DNA of 64,000 nt from Hyaloraphidium curvatum SAG 235-1 (lineage: Eukaryota; Fungi; Monoblepharomycota): the NCBI GenBank assembly GCA_025558095.1, contig JAIVFI010000008.1, positions 682,001-746,000 on the forward strand, read 5' to 3'. Shown here in pieces: positions 21,307-32,644 of this stretch. The notes under the pieces were generated by a model. That model searched no databases. It was not told the origin of the DNA and worked only from the letters and a program-made list of their open reading frames with translations. The translations under genes and the position numbers were made by a program. Position 1 is the first letter of the stretch, and each line of letters opens with the position of its first letter.

Positions 21307-23601
21307 TCAGCTCGCCATGAACCCCTTGAGAAGCAGCAAGTCTTCCCTGCTCAGCCTCGCCCATACGCCATGTCCCTCCCCGCCAATCTCCTCGGCATCC
21401 ATGGCCAGGACTTGCGAGAAAGCGGCCAAGGTCAGCGCCATGTGTCCCCAGGTCTTGCCAACGTTGTTCAGGCTCGACGACGCGGTCCTGATCTCTTCGA
21501 GCAGGCCCGCGGCGGCTTCGGCGGCAGCAGCTGCCCCAGGATCCGCAGCGCCGTTCGGTGCCGATGAGACCACCCGATGGAGCCTCCGAACGGCCACGAC
21601 GTGCATCCAGCTGGCCCGCACGATGATCTGCGCCCAGACGGGCGGCAGGGAACGAACATCCGGCGCGCCGTCGGAGCCGAGCAAGTCCTTGGCCAGCCTA
21701 GAAACGTGGAGCGCGTGCGTCTCGGCGGTCAGGAAGGCGGGATGCTCCGGGTACGCCTGGAGGATGCTCTCGGCGGGCCTCCCGCGCTCCTCGATCTTCC
21801 AGGAATCCACGACGTCGTACGGCGTATTGACAAGCAGCAGCGCGCTGTGCATGAATACGAGCAGCTGGATGAAGTACGGCGCACGGTGGTGGCCCTGCAC
21901 GGCCTCGGCCATGCGCAGGATCGCCCGTCCATCCCCATTCTCGTCAGCTTCCGCGACTGCGGGATCCAGCGAACCAAGCATGTCCTCCATCGCAGACGCC
22001 ACCAGCAAGCGGGCAGCGGCGCACTGCGGGTTCGTTGGCTCGTGAAGCGGGTAGCCCATTTCGGTGCACATGCGCTTGATGACGAGCAAACGCGCGTTGA
22101 AGCCCGCGAACAGCAGGAAACCGGCGGTGACACCGCGCTCGAGGAGCTCGCCCACGGCGTGGCGGAGGAAGTGGTCCTTTTCCGCGGGGCTCTGCAGCAC
22201 ATCGGCGAGGGATACGTACTGCCCGATCGTGAACTGGGGATGCGGAGCCAAGGAAGCCGCGTTCAGCTCCCCTTCGGGCTCGACGGCATCGAAAACGGCA
22301 TCTGAGCAAGGAACGAGCAGGTTTGCCCACCGCTCCACGAACAGGTCCGTGGAAGGATCCCGGATCAGAGGCCGGGGAGGAACAATGGTCGTCGGCAGGT
22401 CGATCGATTCCGCGATCACGGCATCGGAAAAAAGGATGTGCGCGCACAACCTGCTCCGCTCCTCGCATCTGATCCACGCCGCCGCGTCGTTCGGCCGGGG
22501 CGCCGTATCCGCCGCGATTTCTCCGAAACGGAGCAGCGGGAAGATCGAAACGACGTCGGAGTGGTAGCGATTGTGGAGGTCCACGCGGTTCATCCCCAGC
22601 GCCGCGGCACGGGCAAAACACAGTGCGACGCCGAGGTGCTTGAGCCTCTCGAGCGACTGCTTTTGCGGCGAGGCGCGCACCTCCGTCAGCTCGCCGACGA
22701 TCCACTCCTCCACGAAATTGAGAAGCCCCGACCGCATCGCGTCTCCGGAAAGCCGTCGCCGCGTCCAGCCTCTCGATTCGGGAAAGTCGTCTCCCAGGAG
22801 CCGCACTGCCCCCATCATGGCAGATGCCAAGACGCCGATGCTCGCCCGGCCCGTGCGCACGTCCCGTAGCAACGTAGGGTAGTGTAGCATGGCGTGAATG
22901 ACCCCGTCAAAACGCTGGTGAAAAGCGAGCAGGGATGCGACCACGGGGAAGGGAGGTAGAAGGTCTGGAGGGAACTCGGGGTACAGGAAGTGCAGATCAT
23001 GGAGCTCGATACGAGGTTGCGAGGCGCTGGGAACCGGCGGAGAGGCAGCGGCCGCGCGGGCGAGCAAGTCGATGCCCGGCGAGTCGGGCAAGGCAAGTTC
23101 GGGCGTAACCGGGGTCCATGGCAGCCCAGGCTGGTCGTGAGCCGCCCAGTAGGCCGGTTCGTCGTCGAGACCCCCGGCCGCCGCGGCATTGCCGCCCACT
23201 TCCCCTTCCAAAGCAGGAATGGGATGGCCCGACTTTCTGCAGTGCCGCTTCAGGGCGTCCCTCCTGCTGAAGTTCTTTCCGCAGGCCCCGCAAACGTGCT
23301 CCTCCGTCTCCTCGCCCTCGCACTTTTTCCGGTGCCTCGCGAGGCCGTCTGCGCGGGCGAACCCCGCTCCGCAGTCGCAGCGAAAAGGCCCGTCCGCGTC
23401 CTTTTTCTCGTGCACGCCCGCGACGTGCCGCCTCAGCTCGTAGATGCGGGAGAAGCGGAGGTCGCAGCCCGGATAAGTGCAAGCGAAAGGGCGAGAGCCG
23501 GCGTGGACCGCCTCTCGGTGGCCGGCGACCGCCCTCGCCCGAGCAAAGGTCCTGCCGCAGTCGGGGCACGGGAAGCGTTGGCCCGTCCCGCCCGCTTCCA
23601 T
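21307..23601 (-). CDS. C2H2 zinc-finger transcription factor with fungal-type middle homology region
   Basis: Four C2H2-type fingers (CPDCGRTF, CTYPGCDLRF, CDCGAGF, CGACGKNF) followed by a Fungal_trans-like region (HYPTLL...WIRCEERSRL...LVPCSDAVF). Confidence 0.85.
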   Translation of the reverse strand: MEAGGTGQRFPCPDCGRTFARARAVAGHREAVHAGSRPFACTYPGCDLRFSRIYELRRHVAGVHEKKDADGPFRCDCGAGFARADGLARHRKKCEGEETEEHVCGACGKNFSRRDALKRHCRKSGHPIPALEGEVGGNAAAAGGLDDEPAYWAAHDQPGLPWTPVTPELALPDSPGIDLLARAAAASPPVPSASQPRIELHDLHFLYPEFPPDLLPPFPVVASLLAFHQRFDGVIHAMLHYPTLLRDVRTGRASIGVLASAMMGAVRLLGDDFPESRGWTRRRLSGDAMRSGLLNFVEEWIVGELTEVRASPQKQSLERLKHLGVALCFARAAALGMNRVDLHNRYHSDVVSIFPLLRFGEIAADTAPRPNDAAAWIRCEERSRLCAHILFSDAVIAESIDLPTTIVPPRPLIRDPSTDLFVERWANLLVPCSDAVFDAVEPEGELNAASLAPHPQFTIGQYVSLADVLQSPAEKDHFLRHAVGELLERGVTAGFLLFAGFNARLLVIKRMCTEMGYPLHEPTNPQCAAARLLVASAMEDMLGSLDPAVAEADENGDGRAILRMAEAVQGHHRAPYFIQLLVFMHSALLLVNTPYDVVDSWKIEERGRPAESILQAYPEHPAFLTAETHALHVSRLAKDLLGSDGAPDVRSLPPVWAQIIVRASWMHVVAVRRLHRVVSSAPNGAADPGAAAAAEAAAGLLEEIRTASSSLNNVGKTWGHMALTLAAFSQVLAMDAEEIGGEGHGVWARLSREDLLLLKGFMAS

Positions 23602-23964
23602 CTTGTCGTGGGTTGGAATTCGGTCCGGCGGCCCGTCGCGGGGCTGCTCGTCAGAGGCCGCAGCAGCCGTGGGACTCGTTGGGTGTGCTCTACGCGGGGG
23701 GCAAACTCGAGGCGCCTCTCCGTCGCTAGGATCATCCCCTAATCCAGCACGCTCGAGGCGACAGATCAGCGATCGGACCATCGTTAGTGGAGCCAGCGAT
23801 GTTTCTGATTGACTCTGAGGGATTCTGACCTGGATTGCTCCCGTACAGCCACCCCCGCTGCTGTGGGGGACAAGCCCAGTGGAGGCGAGGCGTCGTGGAG
23901 GTGCGGCCACCACTCATATAAGTGTCGCCCAACTCGCCGGCGGAGAGCAGTGAGACAAGCAAGC

Positions 23965-24793
23965 ATGTCTACGGAAAAGGACACCACCTCCGCGGCTTCC
24001 GTCGTCCGGCCGGAGCGCTTCTGCCACGTCGTGCTCAAGACGCTCGACAAGGCCCGCCTCCGGGACTTTTACGTCAAAGCACTCGGAAGTGAGCCTCCGC
24101 GGTCACCCTCCACCTCAACGTTGACTTAACGGCTACTTCCCGCTCAGTGTTCGTGCAGCACGAGGCCGAGGACCTCGCTTTCCTGACCTACGACGACGAA
24201 CACCACCGTCTCGCCATCGCGCAACTCCCCCCCATCGCCCGGAGGCACGGCTTTCTGGAGACGGGGATGGCGCACTTTGCGTTTGCCTATCCGTCTCTTG
24301 AGTCGCTCGCGGATGCCTACGAGGCCCGGAAAGCTCTGGGGATCCTGCCTTTCTGGTGCATAAACCATGGAATGGTAAGCGCCCGTTGGCCGACGATGGA
24401 CGCTTTGGGCTCTAACGGATCATCTTGGTTCGGCAATTCGTCTAGACGATGTCAATGTACTACTCCGACCCCGACGGCAACGAGTTCGAGTGCCAGGTCG
24501 ACCTCATGGACAACGACCAGTGCAACGCCTACATGACCGGCCCCAAGTTCGCCGCCAACCCCATCGGCGTCGACTACGACCCCGAGGAGTTCGTCAAGCA
24601 GGTCCGCTCGGGGGTGCCGCACGCGGAGATCACGGCCATCAAGGACGTCAAGCCGCGCACGGTCCTGTCGATCCCCTCGGGCAGGTACGGCAAGGCGACC
24701 CCGTGGACGATGGCAAAGAACCTGGTGGATGCTTGGGGGAGCACCGTGATCGCGGCGGGGGCGCTGGCCTACATTGGTTGGTCGAAGCTGTAG
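23965..24793 (+). CDS. VOC/glyoxalase-fold protein (extradiol dioxygenase-like) with C-terminal hydrophobic tail; introns 24089-24147, 24375-24445
   Basis: Motifs FCHVVLKT, FLTYDDEHHRLA, MAHFAF, WCINHGM|TMSMYYSDPDGNEFECQVD and FAANPIGVDYDP. Confidence 0.88.
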
Positions 24794-25079
24794 ACGATAG
24801 CAGGGGAAATGTGTGTTACTTTCATCAATAAGCAGTGATAATCGTGTGCTACATCACGAGCAGGATATCGCTGGAATGCCATTGCATTTCCAGAGCAGAG
24901 CTCAGGCGTCCTGCAAGCTGGACCCTGCCTCCAGCCAACAACGAGGCAGGACGGAGTCAACCAGCAGCCTGCTATCCGTGCGCACAGGCTTCCTGGATGC
25001 TGCCTTGCCGTGCGACCAAACGAAGCACAGGTACTTCTCCCCAGACGAAGCCAAAACCAAGGTGCTCATGCCCACCCCA

Positions 25080-25547
25080 TCAGATGCCCCAATCCCAGTC
25101 CGATTCGCGAAGGCTCAAGATGGTCGCGGCCAGAAGGACAGGGGCCATCCTTAGGTTCCCGTTCCGGCCCGGGAAAGTGCCATGCTGGGGCTTTAACACG
25201 AACTGCGCGCGAGAGGAGGGTCAGGACGAGAATCCTTCGTGTGCGGCTCCAGGACTCACCCATATGAGGGAGTAACCCGCGCTGGATGCCGTTGCGAGCG
25301 CGAGCAGTAACGTTCGGAGTCCCCGCAACCGCTCCCGCACCAGAACAAGGGCGCCCAACGCGGCGAACACAAGCTGGTCGACGCCCACGATACCCATGAG
25401 CGGAATCATACGTTTTAGAGCGGGATCCTGCGGGGACATGCCCGCGATGCGGACGAGACCCGAGTCCGGAAGGAAAACGTGTGCCGAACCGCGGAAAAGG
25501 TTCACCGCCGTGATTCCGGCGAGAATCGCCGTTGGGAAGGAAGGCAT
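25080..25547 (-). CDS. Small multi-pass membrane protein; intron 25203-25259
   Basis: MPSFPTAILAGITAVNLFRGSAHVFLPDSG... splices in frame to FVLKPQHGTFPGRNGNLRMAPVLLAATILSL. About four hydrophobic segments. Confidence 0.65.
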
Positions 25548-26494
25548 CGCGGCCCAATGACGCGGAGGGGCTCGGAAACGCGTGCTCAAGAAAGATGCGA
25601 CGTGGAGCTCCTCAGCCGTAAACTTCGGATCTACTGCAATAGTTGCTGGGAGACCGGCTCTTCCATTCCCCGATTTCTTCGCCTGGCAATCCACTCGTGT
25701 CCTCTCTGTCGACCCCATCGGTCGAACCAGCTGTTGGGCTTTGGCGGTAGCGAATGATGGGTTGCTGCGTGCGCGAAGGCACCCCCGACATGGCCAGGTA
25801 GGTAACAGACCTTCACGCCTAATGATCCACTAGCCCCCTCTTTACCAGGGTACCTTCCGGTCTAGCCGGCACGAGTGAAACCGTGCGAACAGTCGCCGAG
25901 CTCGCCGAGCCCCGGTTAGCAAGGAGATGAGCCTAAAGCAACTCCGGTGACGCAAAGGAACTTGAAAGAAGAATCTTTGAAACGCTCTTCGGATTCTCAT
26001 ACAGAGCAGCTGAAACTGCGGGCCATCAGGATGTGGTGATGCTTCCGGAAGAAGACCTACAGCTTGCTGCGGCAGCGGCCCAAGCCGAGGATCGAGTTCC
26101 GCTCAGGCGAAGCGGAGCTTGCGACTCGCTGAGCCGGAAAATTCACCGCAGGGCTTCCTGCAGGCTTTTCACAGCGACTTGGTCCCGGACATGTGGTTTG
26201 GCGTGCCAGTCGGCTTGACGGTGGCAACATGAGTGGGGCGGGGACTGACGAACGACGGGTCCTAGCCTAAGGAAGATGCACAGACGCCGAAAGGGAGGAT
26301 GGCACCGAGACAGAGGATCCCATGGAGGCTAACTGTCACACCGATTCCGAGCAGCATCTGCGACACGCGGAGATCCTGCGGTTTGCGGCTTCTCGGAAGG
26401 CACAGCCGATCGAGCTGGCAAGCATAGCCGAGCGGCCATTACCCCGCAAGCCCACGCAACCCGTCTCACTGCAACGCAAAGCACTGAAGGCAGC

Positions 26495-27769
26495 ATGTTT
26501 ACGCCCGACGAGCCGCCCAGCGGCACCGTGCTGCTGGCGATGCGCTGCTATTCGCGCATCGCGGACCGGCGCGGTGTCCCCGACGAGCTGGCGTTTTCGG
26601 CGGACCGCGTCGTGCCCGCGCACCCCGCGGGCGCCGACGGGGCTGCGTGGGCGCAGGCCGTGGCGGCAGCCGCCTTCGAGTGCGAGCTGCCCGCCGGCCT
26701 CCGCGGCGACCGCGTACCGTGCGGGCGCTGCGGGCGGGTGGCGTCGATTTTGGCGCTCGAGGCGACGCGGGGCGAGGGCGCCGGCGGGCCGCTGCACGTC
26801 GTCCTGGCGCTGGCCGCCCCCAACTGCCAGCGGGAGAAGTGCGAGCGCGCCATCGGTGATGCTTTTGCCGAGAAAGCCGGGGCATTTTTCGACGTTCCGG
26901 CGGCCGACGGCGGGACACCGCTGTTCGACATCTCCTCCCTCGACCACGCAACCCGGGCGGCCTCCTCGTCATCCATGGGAGACGAAGAAGTCATCGCGAC
27001 CATGGACTCGGAGCCGTCGTTCGGCGTCTTTGCCGCCAAGGTCACCGCCGGCGGCCCGGGCCCAATTGCCCTCTGCTTCGTCAGATTCCTCAATTTGGGA
27101 GCCTCCGCCGAGGCACCTCCCGCCACGCTGTCGGACTACGTGCTCGTACAGGTTGTTCCGGACGACATCGCCGCCCACGCCGGAACAGACACCCTCGCAG
27201 TCGAATCCTTCGTCCTGGAAGCGGCCTCGCAGCAGGTGGACAGCTGGGGCGTGGACGAGCTCCTGCGGCACACCGACCTCCGCTGCCAGCACTGTGGCGG
27301 CGCCTGCGACTACTTTCTCGCGCGGGAGGCGGCCTACCCAGCGCCGGACCCGCAGCCGCAGGGGGCCTTCCCCGTGGTCGCCGCGGTCGGGGTCTTTGTC
27401 GTGCTGATCTGCGCATCCCATGAGCTGCTGCTGCCCGGCCTGCCGGGCCTGCCGGAGAGCAAGGAAGCGGCGCTGCAGTGCGCCCTCTCGGACGGCGGGC
27501 GCGTGCTTGGCAGGCTTGCGGGCTGCATCCCGCTCATCGAGCAGCAATATCTCCGCGAAGCAGGGCTTTGCGCCTTTTGCCTGGCGGGGCCGCCGCCCGG
27601 TGCCCTGCCCTGGCTGGGTTGCAGCTCGTGTAGGTCGGTAACGTACTGTTGCAGGGACCACCAGGAGCTGGACTGGACGAGGCACGGGGCGGAATGCCAG
27701 GCCGAGGCAAAGGACCCGCCGAGGGACAGGGAGGGGTTCAAGCGGTGGCTCATACGGGAGTTCTGCTGA
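26495..27769 (+). CDS. MYND zinc-finger protein
   Basis: C-terminal CAFC...CSSCRSVTYCCRDHQELDWTRHGAEC. Confidence 0.85.
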   Translation: MFTPDEPPSGTVLLAMRCYSRIADRRGVPDELAFSADRVVPAHPAGADGAAWAQAVAAAAFECELPAGLRGDRVPCGRCGRVASILALEATRGEGAGGPLHVVLALAAPNCQREKCERAIGDAFAEKAGAFFDVPAADGGTPLFDISSLDHATRAASSSSMGDEEVIATMDSEPSFGVFAAKVTAGGPGPIALCFVRFLNLGASAEAPPATLSDYVLVQVVPDDIAAHAGTDTLAVESFVLEAASQQVDSWGVDELLRHTDLRCQHCGGACDYFLAREAAYPAPDPQPQGAFPVVAAVGVFVVLICASHELLLPGLPGLPESKEAALQCALSDGGRVLGRLAGCIPLIEQQYLREAGLCAFCLAGPPPGALPWLGCSSCRSVTYCCRDHQELDWTRHGAECQAEAKDPPRDREGFKRWLIREFC

Positions 27770-28254
27770 TTGAGAGCAGAAAAGTATTAAGCCTCAAGTG
27801 GTTACTACCCACCCGAAGTAACTGTCCACCGTCCACACGGCCAGGTTCACCGTCCCGGAAAGCACAATGGGTACGAACCCCATGACCACGTTCCGAACAA
27901 ACCGCGCTGCGTCACTTCTCCCAAAAAGAGCGTCGAACATCTCCGCCGTCCTCTCGTGCGATACGGCCCCTGGAGCCCGAAGCACGTGCTGACGAGGCCT
28001 CTGTCCCGCAACCGACGTCGTCCCCCCCTGAAAACCACCACCCGCTCCGCCGGCTTGCAGCGAAAACGGCCACGAATCCCCGTCTACCCTCAGGACAACA
28101 ACCAATGGTGCGTCACGTAAGTTGCAAATGCAGATGATGCACGATAGTTCTTACCATGCTCCAGGCCAGGATCCAAATGAACGCATTCCCCACCAACCCC
28201 ACTTCCCCACTTCACTTCCGCAGCTGGGGTCGTCCCTCCTTACACGTCCCTCGC

Positions 28255-30145
28255 CTAGCGGCACAGCGGCGCCGTGCCCCCGGAAAACCACCTACAGAGA
28301 ACCCTCTCCGCCGGCTTGCCCGTAAAATCGTAGTCCGTCTTCCAGATGTCCTCGATCCACTGCTCGTTCGGGCCCGCCCGGCTGTACATGGGCAGGACGT
28401 TCCATACGTTGATGCCAAATATCCGCGGATCACCCTGGAAGGCGCGCAGGAAGCCGTCCCAGCCTTCTGCCTGGGCGTCGTTGTCGACGGTCGCTGTTTG
28501 ACATTGGGGATAAGAATCATTGCAGGCAGGTGATGCATCGCTCCGAAAACCCACCTGCTCCGACACCCCAGTAGTCCAACGCAGCGGACGTGCTCGTCGT
28601 GCCACTCTCCGTCATGATGGCCTGGATCGCGGGGAGCCCCTTGGCCCTGCGCTGCGCGTTGATGGTGTCGACGACAAAGTCAAAATAGGCCTTCTGCGAA
28701 TGGTTCGTCAGCCCGTATGCGGCCTTGTAGTTGGCCAAGGAAAATGCCGGGTCACCGGTGCCATCGTTTGCGTCGACGTCGATGGGAATGCCGTTGTCCA
28801 AAACGCGCCGGTAAAATGCGTCCGCCTTTGACCCCGCCGGGAGGTAGTTCATGTTGGGATATGCGTTGAGACCGATGTAATCCATCTGGTCCCAGAAGCA
28901 TACGCGGGTGGCCTCGTTCGGAGCCATGTAATCCCAGAACGGGGCGAGAGTCGCCGCGTACGTGAGCTTCAAGGCCGGGTTGGCCGCGCGCACGTTCGCG
29001 ATGAGGGTGCGCCACCTCGCGCAGTTGTCGAAACCGCCCTCCGGGTACGCGCCCGAGAGCTTCCCGCCCAGCTCCGTGCCGATCGCCATGATGGACGCGC
29101 CCATCTCGCGGGCCAGCACGGCATGCTGGAGGATGTTGGCCTCGAGCGAGTCGAAGAACGCCGCAGGGTCCGAGGGGAAGTAGCTGGACGTCTGCGGCGT
29201 CAAGGCCCAGCCGGCGTCCGGGTTGAACGCCCCGACCGATGGCTTGAGGGTGACCTGCAAAGGGCAAGGTCATCACATCCGGGCCCAGGAAGCGAGGCAA
29301 AGCCACCCACGCTCAGACCTTTGCTTCTCGCGTATCTGATCGCCATCCTGACGCTCGCATCCAATACAGTGTCCGCCAGCGCCGCAGGGAACGCGCTGCC
29401 GCCCTGCGGGATCTCGGTCCAGGTCACCACGGTGAGGTCGGTCGCGCCGATGCCAGCCACCACGTCGATGGCCCGGCATCCGGGGCCGGTGCAAGCGTCG
29501 CGGGTGCCAAAGAAGTCGAAGCCCCAGAACGGCACTATGGCGACGCTCTGATACGGAAACAGTCTCCGGGGGTTGCTGGCCGCGTTGTTGACCACAGTCA
29601 GCGAGACGACCACCAGGTTGCGGTCCTGCCTCGCGTTCCTAAAGTCGTTCACGTAGGCCACGCCGATCCTGCGCCGCCCTGCGGCCACCCTCACGGTCGC
29701 GGCAAAGTTCCTCCCCGGTTGCCCGTTCCGGACGCTGAAGGACGCCACGACCCTCCCGTCGATCTGCAGCTGCATGACGGGCCAAACACCGGCGGCCGGC
29801 ATACCCCAGGCTCGGATGGTGAAGGCGTAGGGCCCGGTCGTGGGGAATGTGACCAGCTGCGGTCGAAAGACGTCGGGCCGTCGAGTCGGCAAATCCACAG
29901 AGGGACGGAGCGAGCACCCAACATGTCGGGCCATTGAGCCGGGGACATCCCGTAAAGCAATCACCTGCACCCACGTTGGTCTCGATCCGTCCGTTGCCCC
30001 AGAGCCCCCACGAAGTCCCCATTGCGCCGCCGACTCCGACTTTCCTCGGGAACGACCTGCCCGCGAGATTCAGGATCGTGGCCTGCGCCGAGACGGCAGG
30101 GAGCACCGAGATGGCGAGAAGAACGAGGGAGAGGGCGACGAGCAT
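28255..30145 (-). CDS. Secreted glycoside hydrolase (GH113-like TIM barrel) with N-terminal carbohydrate-binding module; introns 29857-29974, 29255-29310, 28494-28554
   Basis: Signal peptide, a CBM-like segment (WPVMQLQIDG...VAYVND...DRNLVV) and GH113-like motifs VTLKP, MAIGTEL, LTYAA, FWDQMDYIGLNAY and IMTESG. Confidence 0.75.
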
Positions 30146-30609
30146 GCCGGAGCGGGGCAGTGTACTTGTTCGCGGGGGGAGGGGAGTCCGTCGCGGGTTC
30201 CGCCGTCCGGGCCCCGAGGAGTGCCCGAAGAAATGTGCATCGGGCCCTCACGGGAGCATGTCGCCACGGGAGGAGGCCGCGGTGGCCCCCCGGTGAAGCT
30301 GCCACCCGAGTGTCCCAGGCGATGCCTGTACCTGGAGTCAGATGGGGAGAGGCCTGACTTGGCGTCGCGCAAATCAACAAACACCGCCCGCTCGTGGTGA
30401 CCTGGCTCAAAACCGGTATCGAGAGCAGGCGACCCGCAGATAGGCAATTTCAGCCTCTCCAGATGAAGACAGATGTGCTTCAGGGGACAAATCTATACAG
30501 CAGTCCGGATCCCCAAGCGAACAGTCCGCAGAGTCCGACCGACCGGAACATCAACCATCACGCTGCGCGCCTTTTGGCCACGCTTTCCCGCGCATCCAGC
30601 CACCGAAGC

Positions 30610-31617
30610 TCACTTCTTCGTCCTGGCAGTTGCATCCGCGGCCCCGATCCTCCCCTTGCCCGGCTCCTCCCCATCGGCCCGCCCCTGCGTGCCCCTGTCC
30701 AGCCCCTTCTGGCTCCTCCAGAACGCCGCCCTGTTCTCCAAGTACTCCACGCCCTCCCCCGCCAGCGCCTTCACGGCATCCATCCCCTCGAGCAGCGGAT
30801 CCGCGCGCATTGCCCTCAAGTACGCCAGGTCCTGCGCCAGCGGGCCCAGCACCGCAGCGTCCGCCTCGCCCCCCTTGCCGGCTTTCGGCGCGGCTTTTCC
30901 GGCACCACCCGTCCTCCTCCCACCATCCAAGGCGAGCGCGTTGCGGATGGCTTCCTCGGCCTTGCCGATCCCCGTGCGGAACTCGCCGTCCCCGCCCGGG
31001 GGACACCGCCTCCTCCCCCTGTGGAACCACGCCAGCGCGTCCTCGAACCTGCCCAGCGCGTACAGCGCCTCTGCCTTCAAGTGCATGGCGCGGAGAGGGA
31101 GCGCGCTGCCGCCCTGGGACTCGGCCGAGGCCGCGGTGCGGGGCGCGCGGCCCTCCGGGGATGCGGGCGGGTCCGAATCGGGGATGCCCAGGAGAGAGAG
31201 GGCGGCGTCGGCGTCTTCCAGCGTCTTTTTCGGAAGACCCATGAGCAGGTACGCTCTGGCGCGGGAGCACAGGGCGGGCTTGTCGTCGGGGCGCAGCTGG
31301 AGGGCGAGCGAGTAGGCGTCCGCGGCGCGGCGGAACTCCCCGCGCTTGAGGAGGAGGTCGCCCTCGGAGATGCACGAGGAGGCGGTGGGCACCGCGCCTG
31401 AGGGCGGGGCGTTGGAGGCATCGTCGGCAGGGGCCGGAGGCTGGGCGGGAGGTTGGGAATTGCGGGTGCGGGCGGAGCGGGAAGTTGGCCCGGGGTTTGG
31501 GGGCGCGGAGGACGGGTCGGCGGGCCGGCGGGCGTCCGATTTGGGTTTCGAAGAAGATTTAGAAGGCGGAGCGGCGGGCTTGCTGCCCGTCGCGGGGGAT
31601 TCGGCAGGGGTCGGCAT
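30610..31617 (-). CDS. TPR protein resembling the N-terminal half of TTC25/ODAD4
   Basis: Three TPRs, then FHRGRRRCP...EFRTGIGKAEEAIRNAL and LGPLAQDLAYL...GVEYLENRAAFWRSQK. Confidence 0.7.
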   Translation of the reverse strand: MPTPAESPATGSKPAAPPSKSSSKPKSDARRPADPSSAPPNPGPTSRSARTRNSQPPAQPPAPADDASNAPPSGAVPTASSCISEGDLLLKRGEFRRAADAYSLALQLRPDDKPALCSRARAYLLMGLPKKTLEDADAALSLLGIPDSDPPASPEGRAPRTAASAESQGGSALPLRAMHLKAEALYALGRFEDALAWFHRGRRRCPPGGDGEFRTGIGKAEEAIRNALALDGGRRTGGAGKAAPKAGKGGEADAAVLGPLAQDLAYLRAMRADPLLEGMDAVKALAGEGVEYLENRAAFWRSQKGLDRGTQGRADGEEPGKGRIGAADATARTKK

Positions 31618-32644
31618 CTGAATGCGGTGTGCGTTGTCGCCCACGCAAGTCAACGCCCCTGTCCTTTTTGAAGCCCCCAAAGCCACCCCCCTCATGTGCA
31701 CCGCCAAGGAGATGGGACGACGGGCACGATGCACCGCTAGTAGAGAAGGACAGCGGGCATCCCGTCGAAGCCGAAGCTGCTTAGGCTCGCCGTTGCCGGA
31801 CGGCCAAGGCCGCTTTGACGAAGGCCCCAACGCGTTGGCGGGGATGAAAGAGAAGGGCACTTTACAAAGGACACCAAGGGTTGGCAAGTTTCCGGTCCCG
31901 GACAAGCATCCGAGAGGCTTCTTGATCGCACCGGGCACGGTCGGCATCGACGGCCTCCTTTCCACGCGGCGTTCCCATCAGCGCCCCCCGCGCTTTTGCC
32001 CGATCCAATGTTTGGAGCCGGTCCGTGTCCAACCTCGCCGCGGCCTTTGTCGGCTACGGGTCACGGCCCTTGGCCGGCCAACACCGCCCGCGGCTTTGCT
32101 GACTGGCGGTGCCGGCCGCCCTGGTCACCGGTGCCTGACCGCGGCCGGCCCGCATACGATGCAGCGCGACAATTGGCCGGGCATCGGCAGGTGTGGAGGA
32201 CGGGGGCCGGAGAACGCCCGCGGCCTGTGGGGGACGGTGGAAGTGGGACGCAGGGGCAGGTGGCCGTGCGGCGGCGGGCATCGGCGCCGGGACCCTACGC
32301 CGCCCGGATGTAGATGCCAATCGAGTCGGCGGAGGCAATCCGATGGCCGCGGACGTGCTCGGAGCGATGGTAGCGGTGCGTCCCGGCACAGCCGAAGGGG
32401 AGTGAGGGCCCGGTGAGTCACGGAGGTGGGAGTTCGGGAGGGTGCCCCGAGGTGATGGGAAGACGTGGCCCGCGGCGACCCCGGGACAAACACAAGGGAG
32501 ATGGCTGCTTGCAGTGGCCAGGGTGCCGGACGCTGATGGCGGGAACGGAGGTCGGGGGGAAGCGTCGAAATCCACGTCCGCTGTCCCTTCTGATGTCATC
32601 AGCCACCGTCCCCTTCCATTGCCGCAGTCCCTCTTCCCGCTCCG

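Noticed and set aside
26240-26300. CTGACGA...GAAA resembling a hammerhead ribozyme core
   Set aside because: The intervening sequence cannot form stem II and the flanking stems do not pair.
25550-26490. Lower-GC intergenic stretch considered as a possible ncRNA or transposon relic
   Set aside because: No tRNA boxes, terminal repeats or recognisable transposase/RT motifs were found, and the short ORFs lack codon bias.
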